DNA of 33,821 bases from contig CAZAPB010000001.1 in assembly GCA_964486835.1 (NCBI GenBank), forward strand, positions 1-33,821. The letters run 5' to 3'. Shown one piece after another: positions 25,157-33,821 of the stretch. The translations under genes were made by a program, and so were the position numbers. The notes beneath the pieces are model-generated. The model saw only the letters and a program-made list of their open reading frames with translations, was not told where the DNA came from and did not search any database. Source of the DNA: an uncultured Planctomycetia bacterium (GTDB taxonomy: Bacteria > Omnitrophota > Gorgyraeia > 2-02-FULL-51-18). Numbering within the stretch: position 1 is the stretch's first letter; the number at the start of each line of letters is the position of its first letter.

Positions 25157-25597
25157 ATGAGAAACCGTTTTTTTTCATCGATCATTTGTCTGGTATTGGC
25201 TGGTTTTGTTCTATCCGGATGCGCGACGGCAAAACCTCGTCGTGGCGACTCTAACACAGCTGTTCAAACCAACCCCCAAATAGCCGAGCTTCAAAGCCAA
25301 CTCTCTGTCAAAGACCAACAGATACAGGATTTGCAGTACCAGCTTGAGCAGAGGCGCTCTTCCGATAGCAATTTCAGCTCCTCAGTGTCGTCAGGCACTT
25401 CGTCCAAGATTCATGTGAGCGGTGTGACCGTGGCTGATGTTCAGCGTGCTCTTACAAAGGCCGGTTTTGATCCTGGTCAAGTCGACGGGAAGATGGGCAA
25501 GAAGTCTAAAGCAGCGATCAAGGCATTTCAAAGGTCGCAGGGTCTCAAGGCTGACGGGGTCATAGGCGAAAAGACTTGGAAGTTGCTTAGGTCCTAG
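25157..25597 (+). CDS. lipoprotein with a C-terminal peptidoglycan-binding (PG_binding_1-like) domain
   Basis: Lipobox VLSG|C at the end of the signal peptide. A coiled Q-rich linker. C-terminal VQRALTKAGFDPGQVDGKMGKKSKAAIKAFQRSQGLKADGVIGEKTW. Confidence 0.8.
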   Translation: MRNRFFSSIICLVLAGFVLSGCATAKPRRGDSNTAVQTNPQIAELQSQLSVKDQQIQDLQYQLEQRRSSDSNFSSSVSSGTSSKIHVSGVTVADVQRALTKAGFDPGQVDGKMGKKSKAAIKAFQRSQGLKADGVIGEKTWKLLRS

Positions 25598-25875
25598 TGT
25601 TCATTCATAAGGTCCTTTTTAAGATCAAAAAAAAGGACGTTCCGATTTACGTGCGGGATTGCCGTATGTGGAAGCGGGAAGCAGCCAAGCATACGGGCTA
25701 TCTGGATTGCCGCACTCTTTTACGGACCAACGAAAAAGACCATTATGCGTCAGTTTATTTTTGGAAAACGGAAGCTAACCATAACCGTTTTATGAAAAAA
25801 AATCATGAGCGTCTGGTTGGCCTCTCCAAATGCCAGGTCCAGGTACTTGGGTATTTCAACTTCAAAACGATATAG
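25597..25875 (+). CDS. small ABM (antibiotic biosynthesis monooxygenase)-like protein (tentative)
   Basis: 92 aa with a GTG start. Only a loose ferredoxin-like ABM pattern (...YASVYFWKTEANHNRF...). The function call is weak. Confidence 0.4.
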   Translation: MFIHKVLFKIKKKDVPIYVRDCRMWKREAAKHTGYLDCRTLLRTNEKDHYASVYFWKTEANHNRFMKKNHERLVGLSKCQVQVLGYFNFKTI

Positions 25876-25884
25876 CCGCTTTCC

Positions 25885-26349
25885 TTGCCCCACATCCACA
25901 AGTCCTACGATTTTGTTGTTTCCGCTTTTATCGTGTGTCGCGGAAAGGTCCTTTTGATCTACCACAAAAAGTACAATGAGTGGCTTCCGATCGGTGGGCA
26001 TATAGAGCTCAACGAGGACCCTGAGCAAGCGCTTTATCGCGAGATCCATGAGGAATGCGGCCTGCGGGTAAAGATACTGGCGTCTACTCCCAAGATCGGT
26101 CACGCGGGTGTCAAGCCGATGCCAACTCCGGATTATGTGGATAATCACCGGATTACGCGGCGTCATCGGCATATCGCTTTTATTTACTTTGGAGTTTCAC
26201 GTTCCCAGCGGGTCAAATTGCATGAGCGTGAGCATCGTGAGTACCGATGGCTCGCTGAAAATGAGCTTAAGGACCCCGGGTTCCGGTTGACACGGTCCAT
26301 TGATTTTTACTGCCGACGGGCCCTTGAGGCAGCGCGAGGCTATCCTTGA
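25885..26349 (+). CDS. NUDIX hydrolase
   Basis: Nudix box GGHIELNEDPEQALYREIHEECGL (G-x5-E-x7-REUxEExGU). TTG start. Confidence 0.85.
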   Translation: MPHIHKSYDFVVSAFIVCRGKVLLIYHKKYNEWLPIGGHIELNEDPEQALYREIHEECGLRVKILASTPKIGHAGVKPMPTPDYVDNHRITRRHRHIAFIYFGVSRSQRVKLHEREHREYRWLAENELKDPGFRLTRSIDFYCRRALEAARGYP

Positions 26350-27035
26350 GTCGTGTGGCGATCGCGGCACTAAGCTTATGGCTGGTGTGGACGCCTCTGG
26401 CGGATGCTTCTATTGAATATTGCAAGGTGATCGACATTTCGGGAAATGCCGAGATCCAGTTTTCGGGCAGTGAACGCTGGATGCCCTTGTCGGCTCAGGT
26501 GTTATTGAAAGGTGGAGATAAGATACGGACGCCTCAGAGATCGTATTTGGAGCTTGCTACCAGCACGGATCTCTCCGGGCTTATGTTGCTCAGCGGTAAT
26601 TCGGTGCTGGAGGTGATGGGGGATGACCTGACGCGTTTTTTTCTTCGCCGGGGGGCGCTCTCGGTGCTCCGCGAGGGGGATGGAGATATTGCGCGTAGGG
26701 TGTCTGGCGAAGAAAATCTAATACAGATTTTTACACCTGAATTGGTGGTGAACATCCTTCAGGGAGGCATGTCGGTAAGCGCCTATGCCAATGGGAGTTG
26801 GGTGCGAGTTTTTAGCGAACAAGTCCGGATCGATCCTTTCGGCGCCGGTCGGCAGAAACTGCTCTCCAGAACGGTGAGCGAGGGCTATGAGTGTTTCGCC
26901 GACGCTTCTTCAACAAAGGCTCCTCAGGAAGCTCTTCGTATGAGCTATTCGGATTATAAAGATTGGCAGTTTTGGGCGCGCAAGTGCTATAAAAGAAAAG
27001 ATGATATGGCTCAAACTGAACTGCTGAGAGGCTAA
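26346..27035 (+). CDS. secreted FecR-domain-like protein
   Basis: Signal peptide (ALSLWLVWTPLADA), then IDISGNAEIQFSGSERWMPLSAQVLLKGGDKIRTPQRSYLEL...GNSVLEV, which is a FecR-type pattern. The start overlaps the NUDIX stop. Confidence 0.6.
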   Translation: MSRVAIAALSLWLVWTPLADASIEYCKVIDISGNAEIQFSGSERWMPLSAQVLLKGGDKIRTPQRSYLELATSTDLSGLMLLSGNSVLEVMGDDLTRFFLRRGALSVLREGDGDIARRVSGEENLIQIFTPELVVNILQGGMSVSAYANGSWVRVFSEQVRIDPFGAGRQKLLSRTVSEGYECFADASSTKAPQEALRMSYSDYKDWQFWARKCYKRKDDMAQTELLRG

Positions 27036-27039
27036 AGAT

Positions 27040-28548
27040 ATGAGTGCGTGGATCACAGATGGCCGCAAAGCTTTGTTGTTGGTAATCGGGTTGTCCGTTT
27101 TCCTTTTCTTTTTTCGTCTGGGCGACCGCCCGTTCCGCAATCCGGACGAAGGACGCTACGCGCATATTGCCGGACGGATGGTTGACAGCGCAAAATGGAT
27201 GGAGCCTCAGATATTCGGCATTGATTATTTGAGAAAACCGCCTCTTTTTTACTGGTTAGTCGCCGCCTCATTCCAACTGCTTGGTCAGGGCGAATGGCAG
27301 GCGCGCGCGGTTCCGGCGTTATTCGGTCTTTTTGGGGTTCTGGCCGCTTATTTTTTCTCACGGCGTTTTTTTGGCGCGCGCGCCGCATTATTCTCAGCTT
27401 TGCTTCTTTTGGCTAATCCGTGGTATTTACACGTTTCGCGGTTTCTGGTGATAGACGCTGTTTTTTCTTTCTTGATTGTGGCCAGTTTTTATCTTTTTTT
27501 CCTGGGGTTGTCATCTCTGCGGCACAAGAATAAATATTACGCGGCGTTCTACCTCAGCGTTTCGCTGGCGTTTTTGGCCAAGGGCGTATTGGCATTGGCG
27601 ATCCCGGGACTGGCTATTTTTGTGTTTATTGTGTCAGACCGGCGGTACTGGAAAATATTCAAGGAGATGAATCTACTGATGGGCGCGGTCATCTTTTCGG
27701 TGATTGTTTGCCCATGGTTTGTGTGGATCAGCTCGCATAAGCCCGAGTTTTGGAATGTATTTTTTTTCCGGGAGCATTTATCACGTTTTACCTCCGATAA
27801 TTTTGAACATCAACAAGGGTGGTATTTCTATCCGGTGCTTTTGTTCGTGTTCTTTCTGCCGTGGTCTGTGGTCCCGGGACCGATGAGGATCTGTGCCCGG
27901 CAAGTCTCGGAGCGCCAAGAAAACGGTCCCGCGCGTTTCCTTTTTGCAGCGATCGCGGTTACGCTGATATTTCTTTCTTTATCCAAATCCAAACTTGCGA
28001 CCTATATTGTGCCGGTAATACCGCCGGCATGTATTTTACTGGGGAGCGCTTGGGCTCAATGGACAGAAAACCGGAAATTTAGGCAAAAGCTCTTTGTCTT
28101 TTCTGCCGGAATCCTCATGATTTCTCTTTTGCCCCTGGTTTTTATCATGGAGAGAGTAAATCATGATTTCACATCCAAGCATTTTGCGCTTAAACTCAAG
28201 CCTCAGCTAAGCCCTGCCGATAAGGTTTATGTTTATGACCATCCGGGCCCTTTCTACGATTTTAGTTTTTATCTGCGTCATCCGGTCAAACCTGTGGGTT
28301 TATATGGGGAGTTGGAGATCAGCCAAGAAGATGAAAGCGCCAAGAGGATTTCGCTTGCAAAGGCGGATTTTGAGGCGCTGATCGGAAGCAAAGAGCACTT
28401 TTATTGCCTGATGCGCCTCTCGGATTGGAATGATCTTCCCGAGGCTTCACGCAGTTTCTTTAAGGTGTTGATGCGGGATGAGCGCAAAGTTCTTTTTGAA
28501 TCCGGGCTGAGGCTTTTGAACACAAGCCCATGGGAGACAACAGAATGA
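27040..28548 (+). CDS. GT39/GT83-type (ArnT/PMT-like) membrane glycosyltransferase
   Basis: 502 aa with more than 10 TM helices. The first periplasmic loop carries FRNPDEGRYAHIAGRM (DE motif) and KPPLFYW. Confidence 0.82.
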   Translation: MSAWITDGRKALLLVIGLSVFLFFFRLGDRPFRNPDEGRYAHIAGRMVDSAKWMEPQIFGIDYLRKPPLFYWLVAASFQLLGQGEWQARAVPALFGLFGVLAAYFFSRRFFGARAALFSALLLLANPWYLHVSRFLVIDAVFSFLIVASFYLFFLGLSSLRHKNKYYAAFYLSVSLAFLAKGVLALAIPGLAIFVFIVSDRRYWKIFKEMNLLMGAVIFSVIVCPWFVWISSHKPEFWNVFFFREHLSRFTSDNFEHQQGWYFYPVLLFVFFLPWSVVPGPMRICARQVSERQENGPARFLFAAIAVTLIFLSLSKSKLATYIVPVIPPACILLGSAWAQWTENRKFRQKLFVFSAGILMISLLPLVFIMERVNHDFTSKHFALKLKPQLSPADKVYVYDHPGPFYDFSFYLRHPVKPVGLYGELEISQEDESAKRISLAKADFEALIGSKEHFYCLMRLSDWNDLPEASRSFFKVLMRDERKVLFESGLRLLNTSPWETTE

Positions 28549-29477
28549 TCGCGACTATCACACTCAATCCGTCGATCGACCAGTCCATTGTGGTTCCACA
28601 CTTGTTCAAGGATGATACCAACCGTGCTGTTTCGGTGCTAAATCACGCCGGGGGCAAGGGGGTCAATGTGTCGAAAGTCATCCGTGAGTTGGGCGGACCT
28701 ACTCGAGCCTATACGCTTCAGGCGGGATTTATTGGAAAACTATGGGCAAGCGAGCTCTCAAAATTGGATATCGCATTTACTTCGCATCAGGTCCCGGGTG
28801 AGATGCGTATTAACACGATATTGACCGACACCGAGGATGGAACGCAGACACGCATCAGCGCTCTGGGCCCCAATGTGTCTGAATTTGAGCAGCGTCTTTT
28901 TTTGCGGGAGCTTTTAAATACTCGTCCGAAACCATTTTGCTGGGTGATCGGGGGAAGCCCTTCCGGCGGGATGAAGCCAGATATCTACAAGAAATACATC
29001 CTGGCCCTACAGCGCACAGGAACACCCTGTGTTCTAGATGCCGATGATGAGGCGCTGAAGCTGGGCATTCAAGCCGTGCCGTTCATGATCAAGCCCAACG
29101 AATACGAGATCCAGCGGTTGGTTGGAAAGAAGCTTTCATCTCTTGAAAGCTATCATCAGGCGGCGTTCAGCCTGACCCAAAAGGGTATAAAGATCGTAGT
29201 GGTTTCACTTGCCGCGCGCGGCGCGCTGTTCGTGACTGCCAGGGAGGCGCTTTATGCGGAAGGTGTTAAAGTTCCGGTAAAGAGTAAAGTGGGCGCCGGC
29301 GACTCGCTGGTGGGAGGATTATTGCTGGGCCTTATGCGCAAGATGAGTCTTGAGAAATCAGCTTCCTTGGGTATTGCTGCCAGCGCTTCCGCGGTTATGC
29401 GCGAGGCGCCCAGGCACTGTCGGCGCTCAGACATCCCCAGTCTTTTAAGGAGAGTCAAGGTTCACAGGCTCAGCTGA
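28545..29477 (+). CDS. PfkB-family sugar-phosphate kinase (1-phosphofructokinase / tagatose-6-P kinase type)
   Basis: MIATITLNPSIDQ, AGGKGVNVSKV and GAGDSLVGGLL motifs. ATG at 28545 gives an ATGA overlap with the upstream stop. The ORF-track start at 28530 is also possible. Confidence 0.85.
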   Translation: MIATITLNPSIDQSIVVPHLFKDDTNRAVSVLNHAGGKGVNVSKVIRELGGPTRAYTLQAGFIGKLWASELSKLDIAFTSHQVPGEMRINTILTDTEDGTQTRISALGPNVSEFEQRLFLRELLNTRPKPFCWVIGGSPSGGMKPDIYKKYILALQRTGTPCVLDADDEALKLGIQAVPFMIKPNEYEIQRLVGKKLSSLESYHQAAFSLTQKGIKIVVVSLAARGALFVTAREALYAEGVKVPVKSKVGAGDSLVGGLLLGLMRKMSLEKSASLGIAASASAVMREAPRHCRRSDIPSLLRRVKVHRLS

Positions 29478-29620
29478 TCATGCGGTTGTAAAGTGGAGTT
29501 TCAAGTAAGACGAGAATTGGTTCAAAGCCCAATGTGCGGCATTGAATAGGTTGACGGGCAGGATTTGAATCAAATGGGTAGAATTAGCCTCAAGATGATA
29601 ATCGCAAGAGAAGACTTGAT

Positions 29621-29824
29621 ATGAGAAAAGTGAAGGTGTCCGCCCTGCTTGGCTCGGCTCTGAAACCCCGGCTTCAAAACAACAAACTAAATGAACCCTC
29701 TAAAACTTATGATAAAATAAGCCAGCTACTTGAAAAAGTCAGTTTCGGCAAAAGGGAGTTTTGGCAGACTGTTAGGGGCGACCGGCAATTGCTTAATCCT
29801 AAATATAGGAAGGGATCATTATGA
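29621..29824 (+). CDS. small basic hypothetical protein
   Basis: 67 aa with no recognisable motif. ATGA overlap with the following PA14 gene suggests co-translation. Confidence 0.35.
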   Translation: MRKVKVSALLGSALKPRLQNNKLNEPSKTYDKISQLLEKVSFGKREFWQTVRGDRQLLNPKYRKGSL

Positions 29825-30702
29825 CGCCCAAGCGCATTGAAGTCATGTTGCGGGACATTGAAAACGATTTAAAAGTGATCAATGTTCTTTTGGAAAACAA
29901 TCAAAAAAAAGCCACGCTTTTTTTTGCCCAGTCAATGATGTCTAAAATAGACTCGCTCGAAAAATGTTTACAGAAAACCTATGCCTTGAGCACTCCGCTA
30001 ATGCGAGATATTATTTCAAATAATTCTGAATTATCTCAGATCAAAGAAAAGGTCTCGGCGTGGTCATCCGACTACTCTAAAGTTAAGGAAAAACAATTTG
30101 ATAGTCTTAATTATGATTTATTTATCGAGGAGATAGTGTGTTTGCATAACAAGCAGATAAAATGCATACGACGCAAGTTTGGAAGCAGTTATATGACTAT
30201 TAATGCTATCCGGACCTCGTTGGTTCTCGGCGGCATATTGTTGTTGATGGTCATTGGTTTTATTTACAACCGCATCCAATCCAATAGCCGTGGGTTGAAT
30301 GTGGAGTATTATAGCGGCATTAATTTCAGGAATCTTTTAAACCGTGGTAAAAGTCAGCAGATTGATTTTATGTCCGCGAAGCAATTACCCTCCTTTGTGC
30401 CTAAGGACGCATTTTCAGTTCGATGGACTGGTTATCTTGTGGTGCCGGATGACGGCGAGTATGAATTTTCCTTCGTAAGGGATAACGGTTTAAAATTCTA
30501 TATTGATGATCGTATTTTGATCGATGAGTGGACTGACTCGGTGGGCAAACCGTCTGTAAAAGCGCAGCTTTCAAAAGGTTCGCATTCTATAAAAGTAGAG
30601 TTTTTTGAGGCATATGGCAAAGAAACTCTTCAATTTTATTGGGCCTATAAAGGAGGGGAGCGCAAGATTGTCGAGGCTAAGTATTTTAAGCCTAAAATTT
30701 GA
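29821..30702 (+). CDS. single-pass membrane protein with a C-terminal PA14 (carbohydrate-binding) domain
   Basis: About 130-aa helical N-terminal part, a TM helix (LVLGGILLLMVIGFIY), then PA14 hallmarks GLNVEYYSG...FSVRWTGYLVVPDDGEYEFSF...DNGLKFYIDDRILIDEW...HSIKVEFFEAYGKETLQFYW. Confidence 0.85.
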   Translation: MTPKRIEVMLRDIENDLKVINVLLENNQKKATLFFAQSMMSKIDSLEKCLQKTYALSTPLMRDIISNNSELSQIKEKVSAWSSDYSKVKEKQFDSLNYDLFIEEIVCLHNKQIKCIRRKFGSSYMTINAIRTSLVLGGILLLMVIGFIYNRIQSNSRGLNVEYYSGINFRNLLNRGKSQQIDFMSAKQLPSFVPKDAFSVRWTGYLVVPDDGEYEFSFVRDNGLKFYIDDRILIDEWTDSVGKPSVKAQLSKGSHSIKVEFFEAYGKETLQFYWAYKGGERKIVEAKYFKPKI

Positions 30703-30801
30703 TCAGGCGCGCCGGAACGGTGTTCGGTTAACGGCAAAGCAAGCAATTCGAAATCATACAAAATACCGCGTAATATGTCCGGATAGTGCAAAGCTCACCC
30801 A

Positions 30802-31815
30802 ATGACTAAAATTATTTGTACTTTAGGCCCCGCCTCGAGTAAAGCAAATGTCCTTCTCGCGATGATGCGCGCGGGCATGAATGTTGTCCGGCTTAATTTT
30901 TCCCACGGAGAACTTGATGACCATATTGAGCGGATCAGGCTTGTCCGGAACCTAAATAAGAAATATCGTAAGAATGTAAAAATATTGGGCGATCTTGAAG
31001 GGCACCGCATTCGCGTAGGCCGGATGAAAGGCGGCGAGCCCGTTCAGGCAAGGAGAGGGCAGTTGGTGTGGCTGGTGCCCTCAGATATTCTTGGATCTGG
31101 CTCCACCATTCCTTTTGATTTCCGGGGGTCTTTGGATCAGATCAAGCCGGGCCGGTTTATTTATATTGATGACGGCCATATCGCGCTCAGGGCAGAAGGC
31201 CGCGATAAAAAAGGACTCAGGGCGCGCGTGATCGTCGGCGGGCTCATCAAAGAGCGCAAAGGGATCAATTTACCGGATGTTCACCTTGACTTCGAAGGAT
31301 TGACCCCAAAAGACAGGCTTGATATCGGGTTTTGCGCCGAAAACAAGATCGATCTTCTTGCTCAATCATTCGTGAGAACTCAAAAAGATATCGCTGTCGT
31401 CAAAGAGATGATGAAAAGTCACGCCTACCGGTGCCCCGTGATCGCAAAGATCGAGAACCGGGAAGGGATAAAGAATATTGACGACATTATCCGTGTTTCT
31501 GACGGCATCATGGTCGCCCGGGGCGATATGGGCGTGTCACTGCCGTTTTATGAGGTGCCTCTGATGCAAAAAAGGATCATCCGGAAGTGCAACCGCTCAA
31601 AGAAGTTTGTCGTCACCGCTACGCAGATGCTCGAGAGCATGATCACAAACCTTATCCCTACGCGGGCGGAAGTCTCAGATGTCGCCAACGCGATCCTGGA
31701 CGGCTCGGACTACGTGATGCTTTCCGCGGAAACGGCCGTCGGGATGTATCCGGCCGACTGTGTCGATGTCATGCGTAAAATTATTATTTATACCGAAAAA
31801 AACAGGTTAAAATAA
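30802..31815 (+). CDS. pyk: pyruvate kinase, short form lacking the C-terminal (allosteric) domain
   Basis: [36 protein letters not shown] and ATQMLESM motifs. It ends about 25 aa after [10 protein letters not shown], at 337 aa. Confidence 0.85.
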   Translation: MTKIICTLGPASSKANVLLAMMRAGMNVVRLNFSHGELDDHIERIRLVRNLNKKYRKNVKILGDLEGHRIRVGRMKGGEPVQARRGQLVWLVPSDILGSGSTIPFDFRGSLDQIKPGRFIYIDDGHIALRAEGRDKKGLRARVIVGGLIKERKGINLPDVHLDFEGLTPKDRLDIGFCAENKIDLLAQSFVRTQKDIAVVKEMMKSHAYRCPVIAKIENREGIKNIDDIIRVSDGIMVARGDMGVSLPFYEVPLMQKRIIRKCNRSKKFVVTATQMLESMITNLIPTRAEVSDVANAILDGSDYVMLSAETAVGMYPADCVDVMRKIIIYTEKNRLK

Positions 31816-31893
31816 TTTCTTCATATCGGACTGGGTGTCCCGCACCTTCCCACATTAACGCGCCTCCTCGGAGCGAGGCCTGGCTTTCGGTTC

Positions 31894-33528
31894 TTAAACT
31901 GCTTTAAAACTCACCCGTATTGTCGTCCCTATCCCCGGAGCGCTTTGGGCCTGGATCTTGCCGCCATGTTCCTTGATGATGCCGCTGACGATAGACAGGC
32001 CCAAGCCGGTGCCTGTTTCTTTGGTGGTGAAGAAGGGCTCAAATATCTTGTCCAGGTCTTCTTTGGGGATGCCTTGGCCGGTGTCGTGGATCGAGATCTC
32101 AAGGCGCGTATCCCGGGTCAAAGAGGATGTGACCGTCAGCGTCCCACCCTCAGGCATCGCCTGGGCCGCGTTGAGGAAAAGATTCAGGAAAACCTGCCGC
32201 ACTTGCTTGTGATCGGCTAATATTGGCGGCACTGACTCACCAAACTCGGTTTTGACTGTTATCTTCTGGTTTAAAAATGCGTTATTTAATAAATCCAGCG
32301 TATCGCAAATCACCGTTTTGACGATCATTTGTTCAAGCTTTGGGGGAGAGGGTTTTGAAAACTCAAGTACGTCGCGCACGATAGAGTCGATCTTTTCGAC
32401 TTCGGAGCCCACCACCTTGGTGAATCGGCGTATAAATTCCGGATCACCGGACTTCTCAGGAAGATAATCAGTGAATGTCTTGATGGCAGTGAGCGGATTT
32501 TTTATCTCATGGGCCATGCCGGACGCCAGTGTGGCGATGGCTCGGAGTTGGTCTTGTTTTTGGAGCTCCCGGTGAAGTAGAAGATTTTCTTTTTCCATGA
32601 CTTCATGAGTTTTCTTGAAAAAGAGTCTGTCAGTGGCATCTGTGATTTTCTTTTCAAGGGGTCTTGACAGCAAGGTGATGACCGTTAGAAGAATGAGCAT
32701 CAATGGTGTCGAGCGGATCTGAGCCCAATCTTTCACTAGGTTTCCAATGATATAAATCCCAAGAAAGTATAAAGCAATAATGATGGAAATTAGGATCGAG
32801 TAAACGAGACTTTTCTTTATGATAATGGAAACGCCGAGAAGGTTGTGCTTGAAAATGGCGTAAGTAGTGGCATAAATGAAAATCGCGAAAAAAATAAACC
32901 CTGGCGGATAAATATCTATTCCCATATTGGCTAGAAAATCAATAGCCGACATTGTTGCGAATAAAAATGCCAGGCACAAGTATTTTGTCTCGTAGTAGGT
33001 ATTAGTTTTTCCGTTCCGACGCTTTTCCTCAACAGCACCCCCAGCTAACAGGTAGACACCAAAAAGAGCAGTTATGACGACAAAGAGAACGTGGATTTTG
33101 TGAATGAACCCACCTTTTGGATAATAGCCCCAACTATAGTCATATACGCCAGTAATAAAATGAGCGGAGGTCCAGACCAATACAAAGAACAGCATAGTGA
33201 AAAAATAAGCAATTTTTAGGTGAGAGAGCGTTTTTGGCGGCACATTGTCACCGAGGAAAGCGATTGAAAAATGAAGAGCAAGCGTCGGCATAAATACGAC
33301 GCCGCTGTAAACCAGTCTTCCTAACATGACGCTTGTGCCCTGCGGAAACCATTTAGAAGAAAGAAGTGTCATGGAAATGAGCCAGAAATTTGTGGCGATA
33401 CAAAAAAGAAAATAAAGCCGATTGGTCGCCTGGCGCGGGTTCTTGGAGAAGATAAAATAACCAAGACTAAAACACAAAATCCCCGTGATTAGGGTCAAAA
33501 TGGAGTACACAGGGATTTGTGTGGGCAT
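31894..33528 (-). CDS. sensor histidine kinase with a multi-pass (about 7-8 TM) N-terminal domain
   Basis: H-box LASGMAHEIKNPLTAI, N-box NLFLNAAQAM, G1 IHDTGQGI and G2 GTGLGLSIV. The N-terminal ~290 aa is hydrophobic helices. No response regulator is adjacent in the window. Confidence 0.9.
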   Translation of the reverse strand: MPTQIPVYSILTLITGILCFSLGYFIFSKNPRQATNRLYFLFCIATNFWLISMTLLSSKWFPQGTSVMLGRLVYSGVVFMPTLALHFSIAFLGDNVPPKTLSHLKIAYFFTMLFFVLVWTSAHFITGVYDYSWGYYPKGGFIHKIHVLFVVITALFGVYLLAGGAVEEKRRNGKTNTYYETKYLCLAFLFATMSAIDFLANMGIDIYPPGFIFFAIFIYATTYAIFKHNLLGVSIIIKKSLVYSILISIIIALYFLGIYIIGNLVKDWAQIRSTPLMLILLTVITLLSRPLEKKITDATDRLFFKKTHEVMEKENLLLHRELQKQDQLRAIATLASGMAHEIKNPLTAIKTFTDYLPEKSGDPEFIRRFTKVVGSEVEKIDSIVRDVLEFSKPSPPKLEQMIVKTVICDTLDLLNNAFLNQKITVKTEFGESVPPILADHKQVRQVFLNLFLNAAQAMPEGGTLTVTSSLTRDTRLEISIHDTGQGIPKEDLDKIFEPFFTTKETGTGLGLSIVSGIIKEHGGKIQAQSAPGIGTTIRVSFKAV

Positions 33529-33821
33529 GTTTATAAAGCTACCTTAGATTGTTCAAATATTCAATCTATTAGAGCTGAGCAATCTTTTTAATCGTGCACT
33601 TCTCCCACGGCAATAGCCGAGCTTCTTTAAATAGGGTGTTGGGGTTGACCTCGCAAATGGTCCAGAATGCAGCAAGGGGCTCGTTTTTGCTTAAAAAAAG
33701 TCGTCAACATTGGATATTTGACTTTTCTGAAAGCAGCTTCTTAAAAAATGCAAATATCCCGCATTAGAACTTAAATATTTTTATGAAGCTGTCTTGTAAT
33801 TGATCGTGCCGCATGCCAGAC

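Noticed and set aside
33771-33821. Possible 3' end of a minus-strand gene running in from beyond the window (..VWHAARSITRQLHKNI*)
   Set aside because: Only 16 codons are visible and all three minus frames hit stops within about 60 nt, so it cannot be distinguished from non-coding sequence.

Overview
A 33.8-kb chromosomal segment from an unidentified diderm bacterium. It encodes a secretin, lipoprotein signals and an ArnT-like glycosyltransferase, has mid-range GC by eye, and contains no rRNA, tRNA or CRISPR array that I can see. Positions 936-14802 form one co-directional, tightly packed and often translationally coupled type IV pilus / type II secretion-like operon. In order it encodes a PilM-PilN fusion with GspL-like architecture, PilO, a small PilP/GspB-like protein, a secretin, a PilB/GspE ATPase and a PilC/GspF platform protein. 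These are followed by two tandem pilin genes whose mature parts are nucleotide-identical, a third pilin, and three pilin-like minor subunits. Between the pilins and the minor pilins sit three secreted paralogs that end in a phage tail-fibre 'intramolecular chaperone' (peptidase S74) auto-processing domain. This pilus/secretion machine with built-in self-cleaving trimeric fibre proteins is the most unusual content of the window and my main candidate for an undescribed system, possibly for host or prey/surface attachment or as dedicated secretion cargo. The remaining 19 kb is mostly housekeeping or envelope genes: DD-carboxypeptidase, HI0933-type flavoprotein, maf, greA, dus, typA, a pseudouridine synthase, a glutaredoxin and an ABC-2 exporter. 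It also holds a peptidoglycan-binding lipoprotein, a NUDIX hydrolase, a FecR-like protein, a GT39 glycosyltransferase, a PfkB kinase, a membrane PA14 protein, a pyruvate kinase lacking its C-domain and an orphan multi-TM histidine kinase. Smaller non-coding signals include an orphan promoter/terminator pair upstream of typA (candidate sRNA or attenuator), a perfect 15-bp palindrome, and a 15-mer shared upstream of two minus-strand genes. All functional calls come from reading motifs in the supplied translations. No database search was run.
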